A DNA stretch of 64,000 nt from Cetorhinus maximus (GCF_964194155.1 NC_135888.1:91822001-91886000); one strand, 5' to 3'. Positions 37,290 through 51,176 are shown, numbered from the stretch's first letter. A program made the numbers and translations. The notes: generated by a model not told the origin, from the letters alone.

Positions 37290-39250
37290 TTACAGTGGAC
37301 TCATATAAAGCTGCTAGAAAAAGTAGCAAGCCTAAGGACTGGGAGCAATTTAGCATTCTGCAAAGGAGGACCAAGAGATTGATTAAGAGGGGAAAAATGG
37401 AGTATGAGAGTAAAGTTGCAAGGAACATAAAAGTGGGCTGAAAAAGTTTCTATAAGCATGAAAAAAGAAAATGATTAGTGAAGGCAAATGTAGATCCCTT
37501 ACAGTCCAAAACGGGAGAATTTATAATGGAGAACAAGGAAATGGCAGAGCAATTAAACAACTACTTTAGTTCTGTCTTCACGGAAGAAAACACAAATAAC
37601 TTCCCAGAAATGCCAGGGAACCAAGGGTATGGTGAGAGGGAGGAAACAAAAGAAAATTAGCATTAGTAAAAAAAACAGTGCTGAAGAAATTAATTGGACT
37701 GAAAGCCAATAAATCCCCAGGGCCTGATAATTTACACCCCAGGGTTCTAAAGGAGGTGGCCATGGAAATAGTGGATGTGTTGGTTGTCATCTGCCAAAAT
37801 TCTGTAAATTCTGGAACAGTACCGGCAGAATGGAGGGTGACAAATGTAACCCCACTATTTAAAAACAGGGAATTACAGGCTGGTTAGGCTAATATCAATA
37901 GTAGAGAAAATGCTAGAGTCTATATATAAGAAACGATGTGATAACAGAACACTTAGAAAATATCAATGGGATTAGACAAAGTCAACATGGATTTATGAAA
38001 GGGAAATCATGTTTGACCTGCTGGAGCTTTTTGAGGCTGTAACTAGTAGAATAGATAAGGGAGAACCAGTGGGTACAGTGTATTTGGATTTTCAGAAAGC
38101 TTTTGGTAAAGTCCCACCTAAGAGATTAGTGTGTAAAATTAAAGCACATGGGATTGGGGGGTTATATATTGGTGTGGATTGAGAATTGGTTGACAAACAG
38201 GGAACAGAGAGTAGGACTAAATGGCTCTTATTTGGAGTGGCAGACTGTGACTAGTGGGTACCGCAGGAATCAGTGCTTAGGCCCCAGCTATTCACAATAT
38301 ATATCAATGATTTGGATGAGGAAACCAAATGTAATATTCCCAAGTTTGCTGACAACACAAAACTAGGTGGGAATATGAGCAATGAGGAGGATGTAGAGAC
38401 TTCAAGATGATTTAGATAAGTCAAGTAAGTGTGCAAATGCATGGCAGCTGCAGTATAATGTGGATAAGTGTGAAGTTATCCACTTTGTTAGGAAAATCAG
38501 AATGGCAAAACATTATTTAAATGGTGATAGATTGTGAAATGTTGATGTACAAAGGGACCTGGATGTCTTTGTGCACCAGTCACTGAAAGCAAGCATGCAG
38601 GTGCAGCAAGCAGTTAGGAAGGCAAATGGTATGTTGGCCTTCATTGCAAGAGGACTTGAGTACAGGAGCAAGGATGTCTTACAACAATTGTACAGGCCTT
38701 GGTGAGACCAAACCTGGAGTGTTGTGTGCAGATTTAGTCTCCTTATCTAGGAAAGGATATACTTGGCATAGAGGGAGTGCGGCGAAGGTTTACCAGACTG
38801 ATTCCTGGGATATCAGGGTTGCCATATGAGGAGAGATTGGGCCAACTGGGCCTGTATTCATTGGAGTTTAGAAGAATGAGAGGAGATCTCATTGAAACGG
38901 ATAAAATTCTGACAGAGCTGGACAGACTGGATGCAGGGATGATGTTTCCCCTGGCTGGGAGGTCTAGAACAAGGGGTCACAGTCTCAGGATACAGGTCAT
39001 TCAGAACTGAGATGAGGAGAAATTTCTTCAATCAGGGGGTGGTGAACCTATGAAATTCTTGACCACAGAAGGCTGTGGAGGCCAAGTCACTAAATATATT
39101 TAAGAAGGAAATAGCTAGATTTCTAGATGCTAAAGGTGTCAAGGGGTTATGGGGAGGAATGGCATTGAGATAGAGGATCAGCCATGATAATATTTTATGG
39201 CAGAGCAGGCTCGAGGGGCTGAATGACCTTCTCCTGCTCCTATTTTCTAT
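37290..39250 (+). mobile_element. CR1 LINE, RT domain to 3' end
   Basis: KSPGPDNLHPRVLKEVA...WRVTNVTPLFK; QHGFMKGKSCLT; KFADNTKLGG; RRFTRLIPG...YEERL; ends CCTGCTCCTATTTTCTAT. Confidence 0.9.
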
Positions 39251-39384
39251 TGGCAGAATTTTACATCCTGTGGGCACGTGCCTGACATAATTGGGCATAA
39301 AATAGCGCCCGATGATGTTGGACAAGTGTCCAAACATCATTGTGTACTCACGCAATATTTCAGATGGTGGGCACCTGCAATTTC

Positions 39385-39612
39385 CACTCCAAGCCACACA
39401 CTATCCTGACTTGGAAATGTATCACTGGTCCCTCACTGACACTGGATGAAAATCCTGAAACTCGCTTCCTAACAGCACTGTGGGTGTATCTACACCACGG
39501 TGATGGCACGGTTTAAGAAGGCAGCTCACCACACCCTTTCAAGGTCAGTTAGGGATGGGCAACTAATGCTGATATTGCCATTGATACCCACATCTCATGA
39601 AAGAATAAAAAA
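39385..39612 (+). mobile_element. Family-B LINE 3' tail
   Basis: Ends TTAGGGATGGGCAA...CCCACATCTCATGAAAGAATAAAAAA. Confidence 0.75.
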
Positions 39613-39632
39613 GGGAAGAAATCCACAGACAC

Positions 39633-40550
39633 TTTTTTCTAATTCATTTATGGGACGTGGGCTTCGCTGGCTGGTTTCATTTGAAAAGGTGTTAGTGAGC
39701 TGCCTACTTGAACCGCTGCAGCCCATGTGGTGTGGGTACACCCACAGTGCAGTTAGGAAGGGAGTGCCAGAGTTTTGACCCAGTGACAGTGAAGGAACGG
39801 CTATATATTTCCAAGTCGGAATAGTGAGTGACTTGGAGGGAAGCTTCCAGGTGGTGGTGTTCCCATCTATCTGCTGCCCTTGTCCTTCTAGTTGGTAGTG
39901 GTCGTGGGTTTTGAGGGTTCTGTCTAAGGAGCCTTGGTGAATTCCTGCAGCGCATTTTGCAGATGGTACACACTGCTGCTACTGTGCGTCGGTGGTGGAG
40001 GCAGCAAATGTTTGTGGATGTGGTGCCAATCAAGCGGGCTGCTTTGTCCTGGATGGTGTCAAGCTTCTTGAGTGTTGTGGGAGCTGCACTCATCCAGGCA
40101 TGTAGGGAGTATTCCAACACACTCCTGATTTGTGCCTTGTAGATGGTGGACAGGCTTTGGGGAGTCAGGGGGTGAGTTACTCACCGCAGGATTCCTAGCC
40201 TCTGACCTGCTCTTGTAGCCACAGTATTTATATGGCTAGCCCAGTTCAGTTTCTGGTTAATGGTAACCCCCAGGATGTTGATAGTGGGGGATTCACTGAT
40301 GGTAATGCCATTGAACGTCAAGGGGAGATGCTTAGATTCTCTCTCGTTGGATACGGTCATTTCCTGGCAATTGTGTGGCGCAAATGTTACTTGTCAGCCC
40401 AAGCCTGGATATTGTTCAGTTCTTGCTGCGTTGTACATGGGCTGCTTCAGTATCTGAGGAGTTGCGAATGATGCTGAGCATTGTGCAATCATCAGCGAAC
40501 ATCCCCACTTCTGACCTTATGATGAAAGGAAGGTCATTGATGAAGCAGCT
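39633..40550 (-). mobile_element. Family-B LINE 3' fragment
   Basis: ORF 39704-40120 EYSLHAWMSAAPTTLKKLDTIQDKAARLIG. Confidence 0.85.
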
Positions 40551-40955
40551 AAGAGGTTTGAGTTGATTAAAGATTGTCCACATGGATTTGTAAAATGCAG
40601 ACCATGCTTGACTAATCTAATTTACATTTTTGATGAAGTAACGGAGAAGTTTGATGAGGGAATGCAATGGATAGTGCCTATATCAATTTTAAGAAGGTCT
40701 TTGATAAAGCACCAGATAAAAGGCCAGTTAACAAAAACATGGCTCGTGCAATCGGGGTAGGGTTAATGTCAGCTTGGATAAAAAAATTTGCTTAAGGGCA
40801 GAGAACATGAGTTGTGATAATTGGTTATGGTTCAGACTGGAAGATGGTAGACAATAGTGTTCCCAAAACAGGCATGTGTAGATGTCAGCGACCCGCTTTT
40901 CTGGCTTATGCCAGGCCATGCGCTCGACCAGAAATATTCTGCCCTTTGACTCTAT

Positions 40956-41626
40956 GGCTAGAATTTTTCACTGGTCAGGCGGGCATGCGCCCAACCCGAA
41001 CGAATGTAAAATGATGCCTGCTGATATTTGGCAAGCGTTCCGACATCATCGTGCATGCGCACAATATTTCGGTTAGCAGTCACGTGCAGGAGTTGGCAGT
41101 AGGCCCGCTGACAATTAAAAGGCCTATTAAGGCCATTAAAGTACTAATGAAGTTAAATTTTTCACAGCCCACTCAACCTTACAGTTGGCGGGTGGACGAA
41201 AAGGCCAAGCGGCCTTTGGGTTTTTTAGGAAACCTTATCCATGGGCGGGATGAGATTGCCAACAGCAAATAAAAATTAAATGAAAATGTTTAAATTTAAT
41301 TCATAACATGTCCCTGCTCATGTGACATAGTTTTTAACATTTTAAAACATTTTAAAATTCTTTATTTTTAATTTTTTAAACCTTCAGCTCCCTGAGGCAG
41401 CTCTGTGCCTCAGGGATCTTTCATTGTGCGCATCTGCCCACATGCATGAACTTGTGCGCTTCCCTTCCTCCCCCACCCCCAACACAGGTAGCGCAGAGTG
41501 CTGCAACACATGTTTCACGCTGGGCGGGCCAATTGTAGTCGCGACCTGATCGCGGGCGGCAGTCGGCTTCCTGACCACTCCCACTCGCCCCTGCTGAGCC
41601 CGCCCGATGAGGGCAAAATTCTGCCC
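40956..41626 (-). mobile_element. Hairpin MITE copy 7
   Basis: GGCTAGAATTTT...AAAATTCTGCCC, TAT TSD (40953-40955 / 41627-41629). Confidence 0.9.
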
Positions 41627-43819
41627 TATGACTGTTGTTTGGCCTTCTTAGCCTTCTTAATTGGCTGGTTATTATCAATCTGTTGTTGAGGCAAAACCAA
41701 ACAATCCAGTTCATGTATTGTCTTCAGTATATCTTGTTATCTTCCTCATTCATTAAGTATTTTAATCCCTGAGTTTAGTTCACACACACAAGGCTTTGTC
41801 CATTGTAATCGAGTTGACCCGATCTATTCATGCATAGCAGCAGTTTTGCAAACGTGTTTACAGGGTTTAACCTTTCAAATCCTTCAGATCAACCAAACAG
41901 CATTAACATAAAACTCTGTTTAAATTTTCTGTAAACCAAAGCTGTCCTTACTACATTTGATGTCAAAAATATATTGATACTATAAAGAAGATGAAAATTG
42001 GCCATGCTTCAAACTAGTTAATTGTGCATGCAGTGGGCTCACATCACCTGTCTCAAGCCTGATGGAATTTGTCATCTGAAAATCACCCTCTGTGTGCGGA
42101 GTGGGTGTAAGTATGGCTCATTTATTTGTCATCCTTCAATTGGTAAAGAAAATACTGGTCAAAAATCACAGCACTGTCACTAGGAAGATCACTTATAAAT
42201 ATCTTTCTGAAAGACAATCTTGGAATTGTGACAACAGAAAATAAGTAAGCAATATATATGCAATGGATTTTTTATACATGTTTGTGTGGCTGAAATGCGT
42301 TTATTTACAGTTTTACAAACACATATCGCCCACTCCTCTCAGTAACTTTCTTCAACCTCTCTTAGGAATGCTATTATGGTGTCATTTTCACTCTTTATTT
42401 TCAAATCCAGGTTTAATAATCTAGAATATTCTCCCTAAACCTGGCCAGCAACTTAACACAATACCATGATGTCCAATCCCCATATCACTCTTCTGAACAA
42501 ATAATTATGTAGCTAGATTGGCCTGAGCAGCCCTACTCTTCTAGGTTACATGCAAAAATTTATTTATGTAAGTGGTATGTGAGGGAACAATGTCCTTTCT
42601 TTATTTGCTTGCTAGTTTCTTTTCCCCCCAGGAACCAATCAGAACAATTATTCCACTGCCTATCCACACCTTTCCAGATTCTTTCAGTGGAATGATACAC
42701 CAGTCTCCCAAATCCCAAATCCACCCATCCCAGCAACACTGACCTCTCCTTGTAACAGGATAACCCCATGTGAGCAACACCACAGCAGGTAGTTTGTATG
42801 TTTTTTGTAACAATACTTTCTGCTGGAATGCTGCAACGTTGTTATGCATGACTGATTTTTCTTTGTATTTCTAAATTATGTTGCATTGAGTGACAAACCT
42901 GATTTGTATGACTTAAATGCTTCCATATATTATTGGTTCCATTTTTTGCATTCAATTGTAATCTTGAAAGCTTTTTACTAGTAATTTGTTTTCAATCTTT
43001 TCTGAAGGTGCTCACAACTATGTATATGGTCACATTCAAATGAAATGAATGTAAATCACTTCACAGATGGCTAAAAATAATGTCAATTAATTGTCAGGAA
43101 ATTAGAATTGGAAGCAGATTCAAAATTCATGGCTAACAGATAGCTGAAATGTGGCATTTTTCTATCCAATGTATAATAAAGGAGTTAAAAATAAATAAAG
43201 CTTATACTTCAGGAAATTAATGCTATTGACTGCAGGTTTGCATCCTGAATTTACGATTAAAACACACACACAAACAGAAGATCAAAAGCAATATTAAAGA
43301 TACCATCTTATTTGCAGCCTTGGGCTGGTTTCATAATATAATGTTATTTGTTCAAAATGCCATAACTACCTGTGGCCACTATTAAAAAATGCAGATATTT
43401 ATTAATTAAACAACCACAATGGCTGGTGTCCTCATAAACAGCAAGAGGGAATATGACCATGGTTACGGGTAAATAGACTTTTAATATTGCTGAAATCCAG
43501 CCATAATTTAAATACAACGACTGTAAAATTCAATAAGGCTGGAAAATGTGTGTGGGAATCACAATGCATAATTAACCCATACTTGTTGCTTCCGATGCAG
43601 ACAGCATGCAGCTTTGTGCTGCTTACTCATTTAAGTGTTTTTTGTGAGAAGCCAGCATGAAGCTGTGAGTGACTGCACGCCAGAGCATGGAGTGCAAAAT
43701 CATGAGAGGCTAGCACCACTTAAAACTAGTCAGTAAAGCCAGCCTGTACCTCTTAAAAGGGACGTGCATTGTGGCTGGAGTAGATGCTGAAACTTATTGC
43801 AAAAGAAAGCATGACAGAT

Positions 43820-44100
43820 TTAAAGTGACTTGCAAAAGAAGCAAGTGTGATGTGAGAAAAAACTTTTTCACACAACAAGTGGCTTGAGTCTGGAATGTAC
43901 TGTCTGGAAGTGTGGTGGAGGCAGGTTCAATTGAGGCATTCAAGAGGACATTAGATGATTATTTGAATAGAAACAATGTGGAAGGGTACGGGGAAAAGGC
44001 AGGGCAATGGCACTCGGCCATAATGCTCATTTGGAGAGCCGGTGCAGATATGATGGGCCGAATGGCCTCCTTCTGTGCCGTTAAGGTGCTGTGATTCCAT
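43820..44100 (+). mobile_element. CR1 3' fragment inside Harbinger
   Basis: VVEAGSIEAFKRTLDDYL followed by a CR1 3' UTR ending GTGATTC. Confidence 0.8.
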
Positions 44101-44384
44101 GAGCTGGAAGAGCACTGAATGATGGTGCAAGAACGAGTTGAAAGGTGTTCTCAAATTGCTCTGGAGCCTTGGTTGAGTAGATGCAGAAGAGTGGCCATCG
44201 TCTGCGCTGTAACATTTCTAAGATTCTATGAAGAACAGAAATCTCATCTATCTACAGCGGGATCAGAGGCCCACCAGGCAAACTCTCAGAAGACGGTGGG
44301 AGCAAGTAACTGTGGCGGTCAATGCTAAGAGTATAGAGCCCAAGGCTTGGATATAGTGCCACAAAAACTTCAATGATCTCATAA

Positions 44385-44722
44385 AAACATACAAATTAGG
44401 AGCAGGAGTGGGCTACTTGGCCCCTCAAGCCTGCTCTGCCATTTAATAAGATCATGGCTGATCTGATTGTGACCTCGACTCTACATTCTCACCTACCCCC
44501 TATAACCTTTCACCCCCTTGCTTATCAAGAATCTAACTAACTCTTCCTTAAAAATGTTCAAAGACTCTGCTTCCACCGCCTTTTGAGGAAGAGAGTTTCA
44601 AAGACCCACTATCCTCTCGGAGAAAAAAATTCTCATCTCTATCATAAGTGGATGACCCCTTATTTTTAAACAGTGACCACTAGTTCTAGATTCTTCCACA
44701 AAAGAAAACATCCTCTTCACAT
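44385..44722 (-). mobile_element. CR1 3' fragment inside Harbinger
   Basis: Colinear and highly similar to 13945-14285. Confidence 0.85.
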
Positions 44723-47424
44723 TTGAGCAGTCAAAGTCAGAAAATGCATCTTCAAATGTTATATTCCCCCAGTTGCTCCACTAGCCTTATACACTAACCA
44801 CACCCCCATCACTCACCCGTCATCAATCTCTATTGATCATGACTCAAACCTATTATTCATAGCTTCACCCTACCAGCATACACTTTGCACTTATGCAAGC
44901 CTAACACTCTCACCTTGCAGCTAACACACACTGCCAGCTATTCAACCATGACAGCCACATCACCTAAATACATTGCATCACACTCACTGACACACCTTGC
45001 TCCCTCTTGCACAATAAGGAAGCACATAAGCGGGGGCAGTATGAGCTAACCAATGGGGGAACAGGCCCGCCTCCATGCCCTGAATCCCATGGAGGAGATG
45101 GTGCTCGATACCACTGGAGCAGCAATGACTGAAGCTTTGGTCAGTGGTTGTGCTGAAACCATTGAATATAGCAGTATGCTCATACCTAATCCTCCTTTAC
45201 GCATCCTACTTTCACCTCATTCCACAATCTCTCTGATTTACAAGCTGAAGTTGGTGGAAACATGCACCATACCCTCACCATAATCTTATCCTTATACCTT
45301 TCTCTTTACAGGTACCCAAGAACTCCAACTTGGTCAGGCAGTCTTAGAAGAGGAGGAGTTAGAAGAGCAGGATGAGGAAGAAGCAGTGTCACTTGGTCTC
45401 ATATTTGCAGCCACCAGCTCAGATACTGACACTGCCATACCTTGGAGGGTAGCATAGGTATGGGATCTGCACAGCAGACATGACTAGCATACAACCAGCA
45501 TAGATGCCAGCTTGCTAGTGGGCAAAGTTGCACATGAGTTCTACTGTAGAGGACTAAGATGATGACTTTGATGGGATGGTTGATAGAAAAAGACTGAAGT
45601 GCATGTACGATGGAATGTCCGGTCCATTGGTAGGCCTGCCAGAAAGCCTGCTGTCAATGTCAAGGACCATAGAGTAGACTGGCATCAACTTGGCACAGGG
45701 GTTTGCACAGAACACAACCCATTGTATCCAGCATGGAAATGATGGCTACTTGCGGACCTAACTATGATGCAGCATCTGATGGTTGATATCTCAGCTTCTG
45801 TTGCAGCACAAGTAAAAGCCTCACAATATCTGAGTGCTGCAGTCCAGCTCAGACTGAAATCATACAAGCTCAGCCTCCTGACATACAAGTTCAGGCTGCT
45901 TCCATCATGGCCGATACCTACATGCAAAGGAAATGCAGGGTCTGACAGCAGTCCAACAATCTGTACTCTAGCACTTTATTGGGATTGAAGTACTGCTTCA
46001 GGGAATGGCAGAGGCTCTGTGGCGAATGAACCTCCTGTCCTGTCTTAGGATGACAGCATTCATCTTCCTCTCACTGCCACCCCTGATGTTGCCTTTCAGC
46101 CAGCCAGATCAGTCTGCTGCCCACCCATGCTGAGGTGGGTTGGAAGTGGGTATTCTAGGGTCAGAGTGTCTCAAGGGCATCATGCAAGATCATCTGCAGT
46201 CTGCCCAGCTGAATGTCAGCAGCCTTCCAGCAGTCATGCTGTAGCCACTGGGGTTTTAACTGCTTAGGAGTACTTGGATAGGCAAAGGCACATGAAGAAC
46301 ATGCACTGAGAATGTAAAAGTGTGATTAATTGAATTTAGTATGGAATATTGGATAGTTTTAAAGTATAAAGTTGGCATGGAATGTTTGTTTTGTCATCGC
46401 TTTTATTTCAGCATTTTGGCCAAGAGGACACTGTGATAGGAACAGAGGGAAGGTACAGTACGGGACAGTTTTGAATAGAGAATTAGGGTTGCATTCATTG
46501 GTACCACAGTTGGATGAGTCAATGACAGCCAGAAAGGTGTTGTGTTTGCTGCCTTCTTCCTTCCTGTATCTCCTCTTTCTTAGCTGCTGGCCATATACAT
46601 GGTGGCAAGGTTTGTACCCTTATTTTGGCAAAGTTGTTCTGGACACAACAGACCACTGCAAATCATAACACACATTTTGCTTAGTGCTGCACTGTCCAGC
46701 CAGTGGAAGTATTGCTTAAGCATCCCAATGATTTGCTTGATGACATTTTGAGTGGCAGCATAACTTTTGTTATATGCATGCTGGTCACATGGGTGTGGGT
46801 TGCTCAACAGAGTATGCATCCTCTCAATTGACATAGTGGCTTAAATTCTCATGGTATAGCAGACTACTGCAAGATGAAGGCAGCTTGCTCATCTTAAAGG
46901 AGAACTGCATTGTTGTTGCAAGTGGTGGTAGGAGTTTTTTCAAAAGGCAATCTAAGATTTTCAAAAATGCACTGGAGATCATAGTGGAAAAAGTGGAAAG
47001 GAGGAGAGACATCTCTAAGAACCATGGTCACCTTGACAGTCACAGACAATGAGGACCTTGAGGCTGCAGCAGCAGCAGTCGGCAGATTTCAGTCACAATC
47101 TTTTTTGTTGAAGTGAAGACACCTCAAGCATTGGTCCATGCTCAAGTTAAGGTAAAATAATTGCTGCCTAAACACCCTCTCTGGGTATGGCCTCCTGCTG
47201 AGTGTTCACCTACTCCTCCTGCTCGTCCCCCTTCTAGAATCTTATCCTGCTCAGTATGGCTTCTCTTCATTCACCCAGTCATCTGCAATTCCAAGGCCAG
47301 GCCACCTTTGTCTGGAAGCAGCTTGTTTCAGAATAAGCTTTTAAATGAACAAAAAAACACTTTAGCATCAGCCACACCAATACCCGTAGACTATTCAAAC
47401 TTTAGACAAGTCTTGCAAAAATGT

Positions 47425-47822
47425 GCCTGTTTTCAAATCCTTTCATGTCCTTGCATTTCTTTATCTCTGTCACTTCCTCAAGCACCAGAACCCTCTGAGA
47501 TATAATTGTTTCTCTAATTCTGGCCTCTTGTGCATCTCCGATTTTAATCGCTCCACCATTTGTGACTCCGTTGCTGCACCATTGCTGCAGCTAAGACTCC
47601 AAGCTCTGGAATTCCCTCCTTCAACCTCAAAGCCTCTCTAACCCTCTTTCCTCCTTGAAGATGCCCCTTAAAACCTATGTCTTTGACCAAGCTTTTGGTC
47701 ACCTGCCCTAATATCCCCTTCAGTGGCTCAGTGTCAAATTTTATTTGATAACACTCCTGTGAAGCATTTTGTCATATTTTGCAACATTAAAGGCACTATA
47801 TAAATACAAGTTGTTGCTCTTG
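47425..47822 (+). mobile_element. L2-type LINE 3' end
   Basis: CTTAAAACCTATGTCTTTGACCAAGC and terminal AAAGGCACTATATAAATACAAGTTGTTG, typical of L2 3' tails. Confidence 0.65.
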
Positions 47823-47849
47823 TTTTTGCTACAATTGGAAGTCTTGACG

Positions 47850-48400
47850 TAGAGCATGCAGGCCAATGTGGATGTAATGAATTAAGCCCTTCCGGGGCAA
47901 AAGCCTGCAATTCTGGTGAAGCCCAGGGCCCTGTTTTCGTGACTTTATGCCTCCTACAGGGGAGATTCCTGATTTCATGCGGGGGAGGAGATGAGTTTAT
48001 TTGCTTTGGTAAATAATGCATCGGTAACTTGCTTGGTGTAGGTATGCACCTCAAATGAACTAATGTTGCTAGTGTCATCAGTTGCTGAGGTAGTGATTCA
48101 GGGCTACATGAAACTTTAATGCTTTTTGCTAAATGAGATCCAGTGCTGGATTTCAGTTAGAGTTATAGAATCATCGGTGGTGACATAAGCTGTACAACTG
48201 CTAAAGCAGAGCTCCCAGACACACCGCACTTTACTCAGCTGGATGTACAGTGTTCTTTTTCTGTTAACTCATGTGGGATAAAGCCTCTTCCACCCTCTTT
48301 TCCCCTCAGCTGCAGATATCTCCACTCTTACCTAATGCCCTTCCTCTTCCTCGACTTCTAGCCATGATGGTGAGCTGAGAAATACATTGCTAGAGGAAGT
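47850..48400 (-). pseudogene. Old HARBI1-like transposase fragment
   Basis: RLYPT*VNRKRTLYIQLSKVRCV; SNISSFEVHTYTKQVTDALFTKANKLIS; ENRALGFTRIAGF. Confidence 0.7.
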
Positions 48401-49137
48401 TTGTGCAGGAGACCCTAGGCTAAAACTCTCTCCCACCTCTAAAAATAACTTGCTGCAATTATGTTGCTGTCGACTCCAGTAGCCAGAAATAATAAAGAAA
48501 GATCACTGGCTGTTTAAAGTGGCACATTAGATAGTTACCTATCTGTAGTTGAGGATCCCATGAATAACACTTCAGTGCCTTTCCCAGCTATTCCTACCCA
48601 AAATTTGTAGGTTTTAGAACAGCTGAATACAGTGCTGAAGAAGATGAAAATGGTTATGGAGTGTTGAAAGAGATGAGACTCCCATTTACAGCTGGTTTGG
48701 AAAATGTCAATACAGGATGTAACAAAATCATTACTTTGTGACTGATAATACAATAAGGTTTCAACATTGTGTAATGTATTCATTAGTTAATATTTAACTT
48801 TCTCAAAGGAACAGAAATATTTTTCAATTACTGCTATCCTACTGATATTGAATCATACTAATAAGATCATTACTTACAATAAAGTGTAGCAATCTTCTCC
48901 CCTCAATATTCACTATCATTCTAAGGATGATTTATTGATGTTCATAAAGTTTTAAATCAATAGCAAGTTTAATGCAGCCCTATTTTCTGTCTCAAAAATA
49001 CTTCACCTCCAACTAATAAGAATTATTTTGGAGAAAAAAACGTGTCCAGGGAACTATGACCACTAATGCAGTTTTATCAAATAAGTTTAAGTTTCATGGA
49101 GCAATGAGGTTTGGACAGGCTGTCATTTCAAAACTCA

Positions 49138-51176
49138 GGGTGGAATTATCACAAAAATCAGCCAAGTCCGATATTGGGCAGGGAAAGCAGCGTTTGACCT
49201 GTTGAAGGCAGTGGCGGCTTTTTCCATGGTATTGTGCGCTACTTTGTTTAAAAAATGCAGAGGCACAGGTTTCAGCACTCTCTAAGGGATCGGAAGCTGC
49301 TGGAAAGTCATGGCTGTGAAAGGGAGGAAACATGCTGCCCCCAAATTTAATGGCGCCTCCCTCGAGCACCTACTGGATGCAGTGGAGGCTCGCCGCAAAG
49401 CACTCTATCCCCGCTCTGGGCGAAGGCCAGAAAGCAAAGTTACCAGCCTGGGAGGCGGTGATCAGTGCCAGAAATCTCAGTAAATCCCAGCACTCTTGCT
49501 TCCTAGCCTGCCTGACCTTTGTCAAAATTGACAAAGGTGTGTGCTTTGGCAAAAAGAGCGTTCGTGGCCTCCTGGATACATTTGTGGGTGGAGGCTTGTC
49601 AGATCCTGCAAAGGTCACCAGTAGAGCCCAGGAAGGAGCCACTACCATAGAAATTGACCGCGACGGTAACTTTAACTGCCAATGGCAGTGGATGTCCTCT
49701 GAGTCCCCATGGTGCCAAATCCTGCAGAAGATGGCATATGTGCCTGACCAGTTCCCTGACATGTGCAGGCATCGGCGGCACTGGTTCTGGCTCATCTGTA
49801 GGTAACACATGCGCCATCCATAGACTCTGGGTATAGCGATGCATCTATGAATGACGGCTCTGTGGGGTTCATCCTCTACGTGCGGAGGAGGCCATATCGC
49901 CCCTTGGTCTTCAGGGTTCTGCTCCTCCCTTTAATGAGCCAGGCATCTCCACCACATTCTTCTCCTTCTTCTCTCCTGCCTGTAAGCAATCAGGCAGACA
50001 GCGAGATCACCAGACTCCATGGTCCTGATGGTCTCCTCACTGCAGTATCAAAGGGAAAGACACAAGGGTCAGCAATTGTCTCCTAAGGACCCCTCTTGGC
50101 CAAATCATTGCCTGCGGCTACCTTTCAAGGCCCCTTAACGCATGCCAGAGAGTCCAGGCCACCACATGGATGCTCAGTGTTTAATGTGCATGATGGCTCA
50201 CCATGCCCACACTGTGCGTGACTGAGTGGCAGCAGCTCCAGCTACTCGACTGCATCCTGAACTCTCATCCCAGGTGCAGGCATTTTCCTAGCCTGAGCTC
50301 CAAGGCTTCGTGGTTTGTTTGTACCATGAGGGTGACTTTTCAATGTCAACTGAAACATAATGCAAGGGGCTAGGAGTGCACACCTCCATCAGTGTTCATT
50401 AGCCGCCTTTCCCAACAGGATCCTCAGGCTTACCCAGTTGTGCAATGGTTCTGCAGCAACAGAGCACTTATTCGAGTTTGAAGTATGCGTGCAAGGGGTT
50501 AACAGTAGAGGAGCAATCATTGGCACTGTGAGGAATTAGTGCTGCTTGAGTGGGCACATTTGCTTGACTAGGCTGACTCCAAGCATGTCAATTGATCTCA
50601 AGCTAAACACTCTCAGCTAAATGCTCTCACCCCCGTAACATGCGTTTGTGCTCAAACTTCAGATGGTGCTGCCACGATCCCCTGTCACTGTTGCTCTTGC
50701 CACGAGATTGCCTTCTCACCCTTCCCCCTTTGCACTGTCACCCTTGCCCCAGCACCACAAGACAGCCACAAAGAAGCTGCTGCGGTAACTTGCCTGTGCC
50801 CTCCCGAATCCATAAAGCTGCTGAGATCATCACAAGTGTGGAGCAAAGTTGAGTTCCCCTTGAAGTTGGGGTCACTAGGTTCACACCTTTTAAAGGCAGT
50901 TGGAAATTATGCCGTTGTGAAATCATGCTGATGAGGGATGTAAATTTGGCATAGGAGGACGATTCTGGCTTGTTAGCACAATAAGTATATGCAAATTTAT
51001 TCAATTTAAGTTCCTGACATTCAATGGAGGAAAACATGGCCTGCCATCGACAGGAGGAGGGGCAAATCGCGTCCTGGATTTACATCGCCAGGAAATGCGA
51101 CTAGGGCGTTCTCACAAGATTCGCCGATCTCGCCACCGAACACGTCCACCATGAACAGGGGCAGAAAGTCCTGGCC
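49138..51176. mobile_element. Internally deleted Harbinger element (~2 kb) with both termini
   Basis: GGGTGGAATTAT...AAAGTCCTGGCC, flanks TCA/TAA; + strand AAPKFNGASLEHLLDAVEARRKALYP; - strand HPLPLAVKVTVAVNFYGSGSFLGSTGDLCRI. Confidence 0.75.

Larger units (their letters stand above)
43550..47420. mobile_element. Harbinger relic: multi-exon Myb/SANT partner on + (~44120-46310), transposase on - (~46480-47330); ends approximate
   Basis: AVNAKSIEPKAWI*CHKNFNDL; GEQARLHALNPMEEMVL; acceptor TCTCTTTACAG at ~45311; minus strand HAYNKSYAATQNVIKQIIGMLKQYFHWLD. Confidence 0.75.
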
